Shown here piece after piece: positions 25,205-38,210 of a DNA stretch of 39,732 bases. Numbering within the stretch: the stretch's first letter is position 1; the number at the start of each line of letters is the position of its first letter. Source of the DNA: Polymyxa betae A26-41. Its lineage: Eukaryota; Protista; Endomyxa: Phytomyxea. The stretch spans positions 1-39,732 of the forward strand of contig RBZT01000987.1 of NCBI GenBank assembly GCA_003693705.1, written 5' to 3'. Under the pieces are notes generated by a model. The model worked only from the letters and a program-made list of their open reading frames with translations. It did no database searches and was not told the DNA's origin. The translations under genes were made by a program, and so were the position numbers.

Positions 25205-26369
25205 ATGGCGTCTTGGATGGGGCCCGACGGCCGCGATGGTGCCCTTGATCTCATTCGCCAGCGACTTGATGATGAAAACCTCGAAGATCCTACGCCACGA
25301 ATCATCCGCCGATTTCTGGAGGAGAAGCTCGGCTTGAAGGAGCTTGAGCTGGATGCGGATGAATGCAAACAGCAAGTTAAGGAAATGATTAATGAGGTCA
25401 TTCAAGAAGAAGATGAGCGTGGAAGCCCCCCAAAAAAATCAGCTGCCAAGTCGTCGAAATCCAAAACTAGAGAACCCAAAGAGGTTAAGGCTTCGATGCC
25501 AAAATCTTCTCCTTTGTATACCAATCTTCGCAAATTGTGCCAAGTTGCTGGACTTAAGTATTTTTGTTATTGTATATCTCGATTTGTTTTGTTAATGACG
25601 TTTCAATAGCCCTAACAAGCTGGTTAACTCGCAAATGTACTTGCCTGAGAAGGTTTCTGCTTTGAAAAAAGCTCTTATCGACGCCGGTTTTAAGAATGAG
25701 TTAGCTCAACCTTTATGTTTGTTGTTGAATTTTTATATTTTGCAGACAGTTGAAATCTGACGCAATTTTGGAGACAATTGAAGTGGCAGAGGCCTCGAGG
25801 TTTGCCAAAGAAAAGTACGACATGTGTTGACTATAACAATGCGTTTTGATTGTGCTGTTAGTGAGGATGAAACATTCCCTCCTCGTGGACGCCGACGAGC
25901 TGCTGCTGCAGTCGACTACAAAGCAATTTATGCCAAAGAAATTGCAGGGATTGAAGGAGTTGATTCAGGAGTTGAATCCGAAGAGTGAGTTGCCTTCCAA
26001 AACGCTTGTTCCCACTAAAGATCTATTAGAGATGCGGAGGAAGAAGAAGTTGGTTCCGAAGAGGAGGAAGATTTTTCAGTCAATGGATCTGCTGAAGAGG
26101 ATGCTTCAGATGCTTCAGAATCTGCCAGTGAGGACGAGAGTGAAGAGCAAGAGAAGCCCCGGAAAAGGAGTACTAGAAATAAGCCACGTGCAACTGGGCG
26201 TGGGCGTCCTCGTCGTCGTAAACAGGTAAGTAGCGACGAAGATGAAGAAGAGGACGAGGTGGAAGAAGAGCTAGAAGAGGAAGTGGAAGAAGACGAAGGT
26301 GAAGAAGAGATGTCTGAAGAAGAAAGCCAAGAATCCGCTCCGAAAAAGAAGAAATTGAAAAAGAACTAA
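25205..26369 (+). CDS. DEK_C-domain chromatin protein with acidic tracts and an AT-hook-like motif (HIRIP3-like histone chaperone candidate; multi-exon)
   Basis: N-terminal IRQRLDDENLEDPTPRIIRRFLEEKLGLKELELD...KQQVKEMINEVI is DEK_C-like. Also LRKLCQVAGL, long E/D tracts, GRGRPRRRK, and an NLS-like end PKKKKLKKN*. Confidence 0.7.
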
Positions 26370-26762
26370 AACCTCAATTGAACTCTCTTATATTCATGGG
26401 ATTCCTGGAACTGATGGGTATCAATCCGGGCGTGCTGTGATAATTTGAAATGCTCCTTGAGTAACTACAGTATTTTAGAAATGTGGCATGATGAAATCAG
26501 GACAGCTGTAAAAGGAATTCGGCCTCCGATTAGCAAATCTTTCGCCAATGTGCCATTCAAGAACATTCTTGTTATATAAAGCAAACATATGGAAGCAGTT
26601 TCACATCACACATTGATTTCTCGATGTTTTACCAGAAAATGACAGGGTTTCAAGCACAACTAAGACAAAGTGTAGTCACAGATCATTCAAAAGTCAAAAG
26701 ACTGAGGCAGTTTTTTGGGTTGAAGTAGAAAAATAAGTGTATTTTATGAGTGGAGCTGCAAA

Positions 26763-27307
<545 letters not shown>

Positions 27308-28538
27308 TCACGGACATGTTTATTCATATATATGGCACATGGCCCCTAAATCACCAACAAAAACACAATTTCTATTAATCAATCTCTCTCTCTTTCTAGG
27401 TTCATCACCATCACCTACAGTCTCATGTCTCATATCTACCTTGTTTCTTGTATATTCAACGTGTCGTACTGCACAGGTTGGGGCTCAGTCTGTGCTATGG
27501 CTCGTGTTCGCTATTCACTGTGCTCTTTTGTCGCACGAGACGAATGTCATATTCTGTATTCGTTGTATTGCCAGATTTCATCTTGATCTTTCATGTCTCC
27601 GTTCAGATCTCATTTTCTGTTAGTTCGTTATCACGCTGCTCTTTTTTTCTTGTTTGAGTTGTTTTTGTAGTATTCCTGTTTATTAATGGGCAACTCTATT
27701 GTCTGCTCTGTTGAATTCGTATATGAAAACGTTTGAACTTCCAAATAATAACGCTGGAAAGCTGGTTTTGAGTGATGCTGTCCCATTCTTCGTTGACTCG
27801 AATGTTTTACCTTCAGTTAAGTTGTGAACTCGATGTATTATCATATTACGTCAGACAGTGTGGTAGTAACTTTTCTACTTCCGTTTTTTTCATGGAAATC
27901 TACATACCAAATATTTGAAGATCAACTTTATTTTTCGTCGATCAATTAACACAGGCTGGCACGGAATCCCCCGATCTCCACTTGAACTGGAAATGAAACT
28001 GACAGAACTAGGAAACACAAAAAGTCACACGAATATTTCTCCACTAAATACAGAATTTGTCATCAGCTCTTGTCCTTGAATGATAAGAGTTCTGCCAGCA
28101 TTATTAATGATTCAGAATTCTAATAAATGCAATCAATAATAGAACAGATATGATCTAAAACAGATAATAAGTGTGTCTAGATGTAATGGAAGACGATTTT
28201 TCACATCGATGAACTACAGGTAGACTACTATAGTGACTTATAATCTGGACATGTTTCAAAGTTTGTGTACAAAACTACGAGCTTATCAAACTGACAGGAA
28301 AAACATGTGGTCATCTTTCAGCTCAAAGGAACTTCTTTGCACTTTCGATGGTGTTATTCTAAGCCGTCGCCGCATCTATAATACTGATGATAGTTTTGTG
28401 AAAGCCAGCTGTAGAGAAATTGTCAGTCTTGAGAATATATGATTATGTGCGTTAATGAATAATTGGATAGAAGGGATGCTCGGAGTCCGTGATTGAGCTT
28501 GATCGGTTGATACCGCCTTCTCATTCACAAATACCATC

Positions 28539-28669
28539 ATGCGAGGCAAGTGGAAGTAAGCTCACGAATACTGGTTTTCCATCTCTGCATCTAATCCCAT
28601 CTCGTCAGGAAGAAGCGTATGCGCCGTCTGAAGCGTAAGCGTCGTCGCGCCAAGGCTAAGGCCAACTAA
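28539..28669 (+). CDS. RPL41: Ribosomal protein eL41 (eS32), 25 aa, 2 exons
   Basis: ATG at 28539, GTAAG...CAG intron at 28556-28608, product MRGKWKKKRMRRLKRKRRRAKAKAN*. It is absent from the ORF track. Confidence 0.96.
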
Positions 28670-28912
28670 GCTGATGGAGATGTCTCATTGTGATGCAAGA
28701 ACCAAGGACATCAACATTTACTTATAAACTAACACCTATTCAATACACAGAATCAACTGTTTCATCGCAATCAAATAGGATGATTTCACAACCATAATCA
28801 GGCCTGCATGAGTTAATCATGACGGCCTCCCATTCTAACTAGCTTGCAGTTATACTGGCACTGAATCAAACTCATCAGGGGGGCGGGCCAGCACGGCGTC
28901 ATCATCTCCACG

Positions 28913-31900
28913 ATGGAGACGGCTGCATTGCCACCATCACGATCTAACGAAATTGTAAATTCGTGTCAGAATCCGTCACATCAGGTAGGAGATGATAAGG
29001 AGCAATACCGAGCTACCAGATGATAATCATGTCATATAGGATTCTCGTGGATCTGATGTTATTCAGAATGAGATAGGAGTTGATAGTAATCAGATTCCAA
29101 CCTCACCTGTATGTTATCATTATTTTTATTTATTTCATTATTGATAATGATGGTGTGGACAGAAGACCATAGATAAGATAACAGATCCATATGATGCAGG
29201 TAATAATGATATTGGTGCTGATCATGGACCTGGTGGACGTATTCCAGATCTTCCTGACACTGATGAGATGTATCTATTGGATCAGAAACCACCAACTACA
29301 GCTACCAATTATGGTCCTGGACAACAGAATCCCCAACAGAACGAATCTCGATTGTCACGGCATCATGATGATGATGACGACGATGATGAACCGATGCGAA
29401 CGATTCGTATTGGTGATGATGAAACACGAAGGATGTATACAAGCAATATGGTACGAAATATTCTGTACTTGATAGGAATCTGATGAAGACGTTATGTCTG
29501 ATTTCAATACTTTTTATCTCGTCATGATTATTAAATGAGACTATCATGCATATTAACAATTACAATTAGGTGAATACATCCAAGTACACATCCTGGAATT
29601 TCATTCCAAAATGTGTATTCGAGCAGTTCTCTCGTGTTGCTAATGTATATTTCCTAGTTGTATCTATGGTGCAGGTATATGATTTTCATCAATGTGGATT
29701 ATATTAAATCTCATGGAAATGCTTCTGTATATCAGGTTACAACAAGATTATCACCAACTAGTCAGTTTGCTACATTGATTCCATTAATCTGTGTTATGTC
29801 GGTATCTCTCGTTAAGGAGGTATCAATCTGCATCTGGCCTTCATTCTACATCTCTCATTTCTGTCGTTATCAGTTCGTTGAAGATTGGATTCGTCATGAA
29901 GCTGATGATGGTGTGAATTTCAGTGAAGTGGACGTTGTCAATTTCGGTCCGAATGGATGTATTTACTGAATAGATTGTAATACTCTTATTAGGTGGATGT
30001 GATGGTGTTTATACTCGTCGTGTATTTAGTAGTGATGTTCGTGTTGGTGATGTTTTACAAATACATGATGGACAATCAATACCAGCTGATAGTATTCTAT
30101 TATCAACATGTACTTCAAGTGGCATTGGATTTATTGAGACATCTAATCTCGATGTAAGTATTTCTTATATCATTATTTAATAGCAGATTATCATGGTTAT
30201 ATCCAGGGGGAGAATAATCTCAAGTTCCGTCAATCATTAGCCTGCACCTGCAAGATCGACAGTGCTCGATCTGCTTCTAAATTACGAGGTTGATTGAATT
30301 GGTGTGTACTAATTATCATGTATATGTTAATATTATGTATTATAGGAACTGTATCATGTGATGTTCCAAATGCTAATATTTATAGATTTCGAGGAACTAT
30401 CATGATTGATGGACAATCTAAAACTTATACCATTAATCATAATAATATGATATTACGTGGTGCTGCACTACGAAGTACTGAAACCGTACTGAACCTTTCC
30501 CCCCCAATGAACATCTCATCACTGGATTTGATTTACAAAACAGGCCTACGTCTTGGTGATCTATACAGGCGCCGATTGCAAGCAGTCTTTGAATGCCGTA
30601 CCGGCCCGCTCCAAGCTCTCCAATGTTGAACGTTTAGTTAATCAGATCATCATCTTCATTCTGATGGCAATAGCCACATTCTGTGGATGTATGTCATTAG
30701 GATTCGTGCTCTGGTCCATGTCTAATATCAATGCATGGTATGAGATTATTTTCATCTTAAATCCCTACTGATTTGTTGATATATTAACTTGTAGGTATCT
30801 GCCATTTATTGCATCAATGTCCATTCAGGATCAGCTCAATAGTCTCATTACATTCTTGATTTTATTCAATAACTTGGTTCCAATATCTCTATATTTGACA
30901 TTAGAAGTTGTCAAGTTTACTCAAGCGAAGCTCATTGAGAATGATCTTAAGATGTTCCATTCAGCAAAGTTACTTGATTATAGACATTCTGTCACTAATA
31001 ACTTATAAGTATCTGAACAGGAAATATCGTGCATTTGCTCGTACTTCAGCATTAAATGAAGATCTAGGACAGATTGCCTATGTATTTAGTGATAAGACTG
31101 GTATATATTATAACATATATTTATATTAGAATATTGACGTATTAATATATATTTATATAGGTACTCTAACACGTAATCATATGACATTTAAACGTGTTTC
31201 TATTGAAGGACGTGTATATGCATCTATGCATATTTCTACTAAGCCTGGCAAACATCGACTACCTGATTATCAAAATTTTACATCAACAAATCCAGATACT
31301 CGGGCCCGTATGCACTGTATCCTATTGGCTTGCTATTAGAATGTAATTGACATTTTCTGTGCCCTTTTCAGGCGGTACATCTAAAAGTCGTACAAATGAT
31401 CGGTTATTGAAAGGGAATATGCTAATTATGCATCTGAAATCCAAACGTCCACAAGCTGTTGCAATTAGAGATACATTAAGAATTATGTCGGTCTGCCATA
31501 CAGTTATACCAGAACGTGTAATCATTTCAGGCAGTCGTCCACCCAATTTATCCATCTTGACATTTGATTTTTATAGCATAATTCTGAGCATGGTGTTGTA
31601 TTGAAATATAAAGCGATCTCAGCTGATGAAGAAGCTTTGGTTCGTGGTGCATTTACATATGGGTATATGATATAATTCGTTCGTTATTAATTTATTGATT
31701 GGAAGAACTACAGATATGAACTTGAACATCGAGATGCTAAAACATTGGGTATTTGTGCACTTGGTGATCATCAAAAGGTGTCATATTCATACTTTATCAT
31801 ATTCATACCAATATTGACAATCTCAAGTTTCGAATATTAAACACCAATGAGTTCTCATCAAGACGTGCTATGATGAGCATGGTCGTACTGACCCCGGAGG

Positions 31901-34720
31901 TAATGTTTTGTACTTGTAAGCATATGTGATATTGACATGATACACAGAAAGAATTGGTTCTGTATTGTAAAGGAAGTGATGCTGTCATATTGGATAGATT
32001 GAGTTCTGAACAGAAACAGTCTTCATCACTACAAGCAACACGTAATCATCTTCATGTAATATTCATTCGTAATATCTCTGTTATGTGTTATGCTTATACA
32101 TGTTTAGTACTTTGCAGTTAATGGACTACGTACACTAGCTTTAGCTAAAGTTGCATTAGATCTAGATTTCTATCAGGAATGGAATGCAAGGTATCAACTT
32201 GCATTACAAGGTGGTGCTGATGTAAGCCTAATATATACACTATTGAGTGGTCCAATTAGCTGCTTTACTGATGTTGACATAGGCAAATACGATGGAGAAT
32301 ATCGCTAGTGATATTGAGAAAAATCTTGAATTAGTAGCAGTTACTGCTATTGAAGATCAACTTCAAGATCAGGTTGCTGATGCTATTAGAACTATGACTG
32401 GGGCTGGTATTAAGGTCATATCCATATATTATTGGCACATATTATACTGATTGAGATGGTAGTTCTGGATGTTAACTGGAGATAAAGTAGAGACAGCAGT
32501 GAATATTGGTAGATCATGTAGTCTGATCTCATCAGATATGAGGAAATTAGAGCTAACTGCTACATCTATGGATATGATTCAAGATACATTAAGTACATAC
32601 TATAATAAGATATTAGATGAATCATATGCCATGATTATTGATGGATTAGCATTTGTATGTGCAATATATTCAACTTTTATATCAATTAATTGATGTATTG
32701 TGTCTGTATATAGGAACCTATTCTCATTAATCCGCAATTATCCAAGATGTTCTTTGAAATATGCTCGAAATGCGCTGTTGTAATTGCATGTCGTGTGACA
32801 CCTCGTCAGAAAGTTAGGAGTTAGGGTTTTAGGGCTCCGGTCTCACATTCCACCTTAGGCAGCATTCGTTCGAGGCATTCGCTTGTTGAATGGCAACAAA
32901 CCAACATTAGCGATTGGTGATGGAGCTAATGATGTTCAAATGCTGCAAGAAGCAGATATAGGTTCGTGCTCTATAATATAATCTGTATGATGAGATGTAC
33001 TGGCTCTAATGGTTTAATGTAAAGGCGTTGGTATCATTGGTAATGAAGGAATGCAAGCTGTTAGAGCATCAGATTTTGCTATTGGTCAGTTCCGATATTT
33101 ATCTCGATTATTACTTGTACATGGAACATGGAGTTATAGACGTGTTAGTAAGGTGTGTATTTAATATTTGTTATCAATAGCTTCATGCTTACTTATTCAA
33201 TGGAATGTGTCCATATTTGATAGCATGTCTATTAGAGCTGATCCATATAATCAGGTCATTCTATTCTCATTCTATAAGAATGTGACTATGGTTCTAACAT
33301 TGCTATATTACTGCATGTTAACCGGGTTCGATATAACACCATCCAATATACTGAAATAATCATGATATTATAGATATTCTGGTTCATCTCTATATAATGC
33401 ATGGTTATCATCTGGATGGAATGTTGCATTTACTTTCTTACCTGTCATTACATTCGGTGTATTAGATCGAGATCTTGAAGTTAATATCATTATGAAGTTC
33501 CCTAAGGTATACTGTCTATGATTATATTGTATTTGTTCTAATACAGTTTAATAGGTCTATCATAGAGGTCAGCAACGTCTTCTCTTTAATGTCAAAGTCT
33601 TCTTCCGCTATATGATAGTTGCTATTATTCATTCTGTTATTGCATTCGGGTTCTGTATTGGCAGTGCAACCGTAATATCTCAAAATATGACAACTGTATG
33701 TATTTATTAATGATGTTGTTAGGATGAATGGATTGGAGATATGTCATTACTTGGAACATTAATTAATGGATGTCTTGTATTTCTAGTTAATTGTAAGATA
33801 GCATTAGAGACGAGATATTGGACATTATTACATCTAGCTGCTATATTATCATCTGTTATATTATGGTAATAGACATATACAATATAATATCATTATAGAC
33901 TTAATAACTGTACAGGTTCATATTCATATTCATTTATTCATCATTGGAGTTAGGCGACTTTTATGGAATGGCTCTTGTACTGTTCTTGAATCCATTAACA
34001 TGGTTCAGTTTTATATTTGTGACATGCAGTGTTATTGGTCTAGAACTTGCATGGCAATTTATTAAGCATGAACTATTTCCAGATCCATGTGATGTTGCAC
34101 GAGAGATTAAACAATGTTAGTCTATGTGTTATAATCTATCAGAATATCATTCATATTTCTATATAGTTGATTGTATTGATGATCCCGATAATCAATCTGT
34201 AGAAGCAGATAATAACTCCAATGATGAATTAATGCCACTTAATGAGACCCCATTACATAGTTCAGATCCCAATGGTTCTGCTGCCGTTGGATCCGATCTA
34301 TTCATGAATAGTTTCGCATTCTCCTATCCAACTTTAGAATCAGCTACACAACGACAGGAAGAGAAAGAATTTCGTGAAAGAAATCGGACACAGAAACGGG
34401 TAATCGTATTCTCTATGTTTAATATAATGATTAATAATCCTGTTTGGGGTTTGCAATAGAATCGGCGAAGTAGTACTACGAGTACTGCAAGACGTGATAA
34501 ATCTCGTTCATATCATGAAGAACCAGTATTTATTATTAATGGTCCTACTGTAGAAGCATTAGCATATTTACAACAGTATGTTCTATAATCAGCAATATAT
34601 CATGTATAATTAATGCATTTATATAGGCAGGTTGAAGAAGAAGAATCTTATGCTAGAGAGATGTCTACACGTAATGGATCTGCTGCTAATAGCTTTAAGA
34701 AGAGTAAACATAAATCATGA
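28913..34720 (+). CDS. P4-type phospholipid-translocating ATPase (flippase), >20 short introns
   Basis: Motifs: [30 protein letters not shown]|[33 protein letters not shown]|[79 protein letters not shown]. The start is tentative. Confidence 0.96.
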
Positions 34721-34847
34721 CCATTCATCATCTAATGACACTATTTATTTATATTTCAACTATATGGAAATCTGTATATTTATATATACATCAATCTACA
34801 TATTGCATTGATTAGCTATATGATATACATGTTGGTAGATTATTGGT

Positions 34848-36093
34848 TTATATTAGAGATGCAATACCATATTGATTAACAAGCCATACAGGTAATTGAG
34901 AGCTAGTTACCATTAATGTGCCATTATGTAATAATCTCAATACAAATGGTTGATCTCCAATGCCAGCTGTATAATTGTTAGTCCATACAACAGTACCTTG
35001 ATCTGATAATAATGATAATACACCATGTTTATCAAGAGATAGACGACATGGTCTATCTGCATGATATGATATAGAACTTGATGTATTAGAACTGGTCCAG
35101 ATAGGATTCATAACACCTTGTTTACGTATAGCTAATTGACATGAATCTGTTATTTGTAGATTGTAGATACGATTAGATGTGATAAGAGGCATTGGATCAG
35201 ATAGAATCTCTCCACCATTCATATGATCACGACGCCAATCTGGATCAGTCTTCCATATAGGATTTAACATCATATCAGTAATAGTTAGATTGCCATTATC
35301 AGATAGACGTAATGAACATGGCTCTTGACCTTGATTAGAATCAGTATTCCATATATGATGTAGATCTCGATCTAATATAGATAATATGCCTGTCTTATGC
35401 ATAATAGCAGTACATGGACCATGCATTGAACTTGTATTTGATGTCCATACAATATGTCCATCATTAATACGAATTATATCCAAAGAACATGATTCAGACA
35501 TATGTAGGACATATTGACGATTACGACTGGCCAGGCTCTGATTACCCAATAGACGTTGATCAGCTCCAAGTACATCTAATAATTTCCCAGATGCGATTAC
35601 AGATGTGAGATTCAGGGCGCTTCTGCTGTTAGTCGTGTTCAACGTATTTGTAGTATTGATTGGTATTGATGCATTACTACTATTGACATGTGCTGAATCG
35701 ACAATAGATCCATTAGATGCATTCAATTGAGATACAATGGGACCAGTATTCCCAGGTAATGTACTGTTAACATCTTGAGATGTTCCATTGTTATCAGATG
35801 GTACTACTGAATTGGTATTATTAGAAGTAAATTGTTCTGGACCAATATCAGTGAATAATTGTGAATGATGAATATCTGATCCTATCAGTAATATTATTAT
35901 AACATCTAATATCTATGAATATCAATTACCTGTTAGAGGATCATCAATAACAGGACCAGCATGGATTACATCTGTTACAGATATGAATATATGAAATTGT
36001 AATAAATATGATTGTGATATGTTCACCTGTAGTATTATCATCTGCAGATATTACTCCACATATTAATAATTGTATCATGAGGAATATCGACAT
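34848..36093 (-). CDS. Secreted protein with an Asn/Ser/Thr-rich linker and two bulb-type (GNA/B) lectin domains, 3 exons
   Basis: Signal-peptide-like MSIFLMIQLLICGVISA-DD at 36093 splices in frame into the 292-aa ORF. Repeated B-lectin blades: LASRNRQYVLHM..IVWTSNT, LRLSDNGNLTI..IWKT, LSLDKHGVLSL..VVWTN, LRLLHNGTLMV..VW. Confidence 0.85.
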
Positions 36094-36403
36094 CGTCGTC
36101 GTTGTTACAACAATAATTACAGTCAGTAATAATGAAGAATGTAAACCATCATGATCATATCTGAATCAATGACTCATCACAATGACGTCACTCAACTATA
36201 CAAATTCCAAATACTTCATTCATGTTCTATAGAGCCTGCATGAAATAATCATCGCATTGATTGCAGTGTATTTCGCAGTATTGATGAGATCATCTTTATC
36301 ATATGACATACTCTGTTGTACAACTTCCTCATGACAATCTTCTGCCTCTAATATTCATATAAAACCTCCAACGGTGGCGGTTATTTAACAGCTAATGGCC
36401 CTA

Positions 36404-36771
36404 CCGTACGGGCGGTCTTAAACCTCAAGAAGTGCCAAATGGATTCCAAAAGTGCGAACCCAGTCTTTGAAATGCGCGACTGCCCATTTTTACTTTTTTC
36501 AATGTAAAAATGTTTTTGCGAACACGCAAAATATGTACGTTTTGTGTGTTTTCCCTATCAGGTGCCAAAATATTTCATTTCCATACAAATATTGCGTCGA
36601 ATTCCGCAGTAGTAAAAATCTTTTTAACAAAGCTTGCGTTATAGAAAGATTCCTTTCGGCAAAATTTATCGATCTATAACGTTATTGTTTGCCTACTGGA
36701 TCATCAAGCCCGAGAATAAAGTCCGAATCGTTTTGTATGGGGAAATTTGAGGATTAAGACCGCCGGTACGG
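36404..36771. mobile_element. Non-autonomous Tc1/mariner/pogo-type element (MITE A, 368 bp)
   Basis: Left end TA|CCGTACGGGCGGTCTTAAACCTCAA. The reverse complement of the right end is TA|CCGTACCGGCGGTCTTAATCCTCAA (25-bp TIR, 2 mismatches). TA on both flanks. Confidence 0.88.
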
Positions 36772-36886
36772 TATAATATATAGTGTCCAACGTCCTGCGC
36801 AGTTTTAGGACCAGTTTCCAATATCTCTTTTACGCAATTTCTGGATTTTCGAAACGTCTTCTGTTACTCTCTATGTCATCGTCCTA

Positions 36887-37485
36887 CCGTTTTCCCCCGC
36901 ACATAAGGCATATGCCTTATATTCAAGGGTGGATATTTTTTTGCCATTCTCGCCTACGGCAGTCTATCCCTCGAAGATAAGGCATATGCCCTGTATTCAA
37001 GGTAACGTAAAGTAGGCCTTCTATTCAAGGGTTCTACATTCCATTGTTGGTGAAAGTCCGTGTGCCTAATATTCGAGGTTTTTGACATTTGTTAGCATTT
37101 TGCAGCGCAGCGCAAGCTCTTTATTCAGATGTATCTGGAAGACGCGTCGTCTAAATTTTTTATGGCCCATTTACCTAATAATAAACTACAACCATATCTG
37201 ACACTGTCGGCCGTCCCGTCGCGCCGTCTCCTTCAACAGGTCCGCATTATACTTTTATTTCAATCTTTGCTCGGGGTTCTGAACCTCAATATCAATAAAA
37301 AAGGGCGGTACTAACGTTGAAAACTCTATTCATTTTATTGAGCTTCAAAAACCTGGGACCAGAATCCAATCCCTTGAATAGTGCGCACACCACGCAGTTT
37401 TCGAATAGAAGGCCCATGTGGCCATGTGTGCCTTCTTCCGGTACTCAAATACAAGGCACTGTGCCTTATGTGCGAGGGAAAACGG
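36887..37485. mobile_element. Non-autonomous pogo-like element (MITE B, 599 bp) with subterminal repeats
   Basis: Left end TA|CCGTTTTCCCCCGCACATAAGGCA. Right-end reverse complement TA|CCGTTTTCCCTCGCACATAAGGCA. Subterminal GCC.T.TATTC(A/G)AGG motifs occur about 4 times on the left and about 3 times inverted on the right. Confidence 0.88.
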
Positions 37486-37641
37486 TAATTGTCGGCTATG
37501 AGTTCTTTCGGTCGAGCCCTAGGTAACCGTCGATGGCTTTCCAATATTACCGTCACGAAGGGTTTGAATGACGTTTCGAAATAGTGCTCTTGAAGATTAA
37601 GTTAGAATCGGAATAAAACCTCTTTCCCACAGATACTGTAT

Positions 37642-37809
37642 TTACGTTGAGTTACTTTGTTGAGGATTAAGTTTAGAGAGCGGAATCAATCAAAAACATT
37701 ACGTTGAGATACTTTCTTGAGGATAAAGTTAGAGAGCGGAATCAATCAAAATATTACGTTGAGATACTTTATTGAGGATTAAGTTAGAGAACGGAATCAA
37801 TCAAAAACA
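37642..37809. repeat. Tandem repeat, 3 x ~55-57 bp (plus a partial copy near 37590)
   Basis: Unit TTACGTTGAGATACTTT.TTGAGGATTAAGTTAGAGAGCGGAATCAATCAAAAACA at ~37642, ~37699 and ~37754. Confidence 0.92.
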
Positions 37810-37885
37810 AAACATAAGAGTGAAACAAAAACGTATCCTATCTGCCTAATAACCGGTACTTTGTAAGGAAACGAAGTCGATTGAA

Positions 37886-38210
37886 TTAGTCAAACTGATG
37901 CAGGGATTTGGAAAGCGCATCGAGTGATTTACCTTGGCTAACTCGAACTTGTTCTAATAATTCTGCTGCAGTTATACAGTTTGCCTTTGTCTCGCCACCA
38001 ATCATACCTTTTGCAGTTCTGAGCACTTCATTGACAATCGCCCGCCGGCGATTAAAGAATCTTTCCTTATTGCCGCGACACCAACGGGCCCCATATTTTG
38101 CCTCCAAATCCTTAACTGCCGGGCTTCCTGCCAAGCCTTCTGACCACTCACGCCAAAGATCGATAACCGACCGGCCGGATACCCCTGCTCATTTTGTAAG
38201 CAGGCGGCTG
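37886..38210 (-). pseudogene. GCR1_C DNA-binding domain remnant, probably from a Crypton (tyrosine-recombinase) transposon
   Basis: Removing one CCGG at 38171-38178 restores PPAYKMSRGIRSVIDLWREWSEGLAGSPAVKDLEAKYGARWCRGNKERFFNRRRAIVNEV...AAELLEQVRVSQGKSLDALSKSL, which is the GCR1_C pattern. Confidence 0.8.

Noticed and set aside
28070-28430. Possible C/D-box snoRNAs (ATGAT/TGATGA motifs)
   Set aside because: No convincing C/D pair with a terminal stem or recognisable rRNA guide; it would need snoscan/Infernal.
37642-37809. Possible CRISPR array
   Set aside because: The units are head-to-tail with no unique spacers, the context is eukaryotic, and there are no cas genes.
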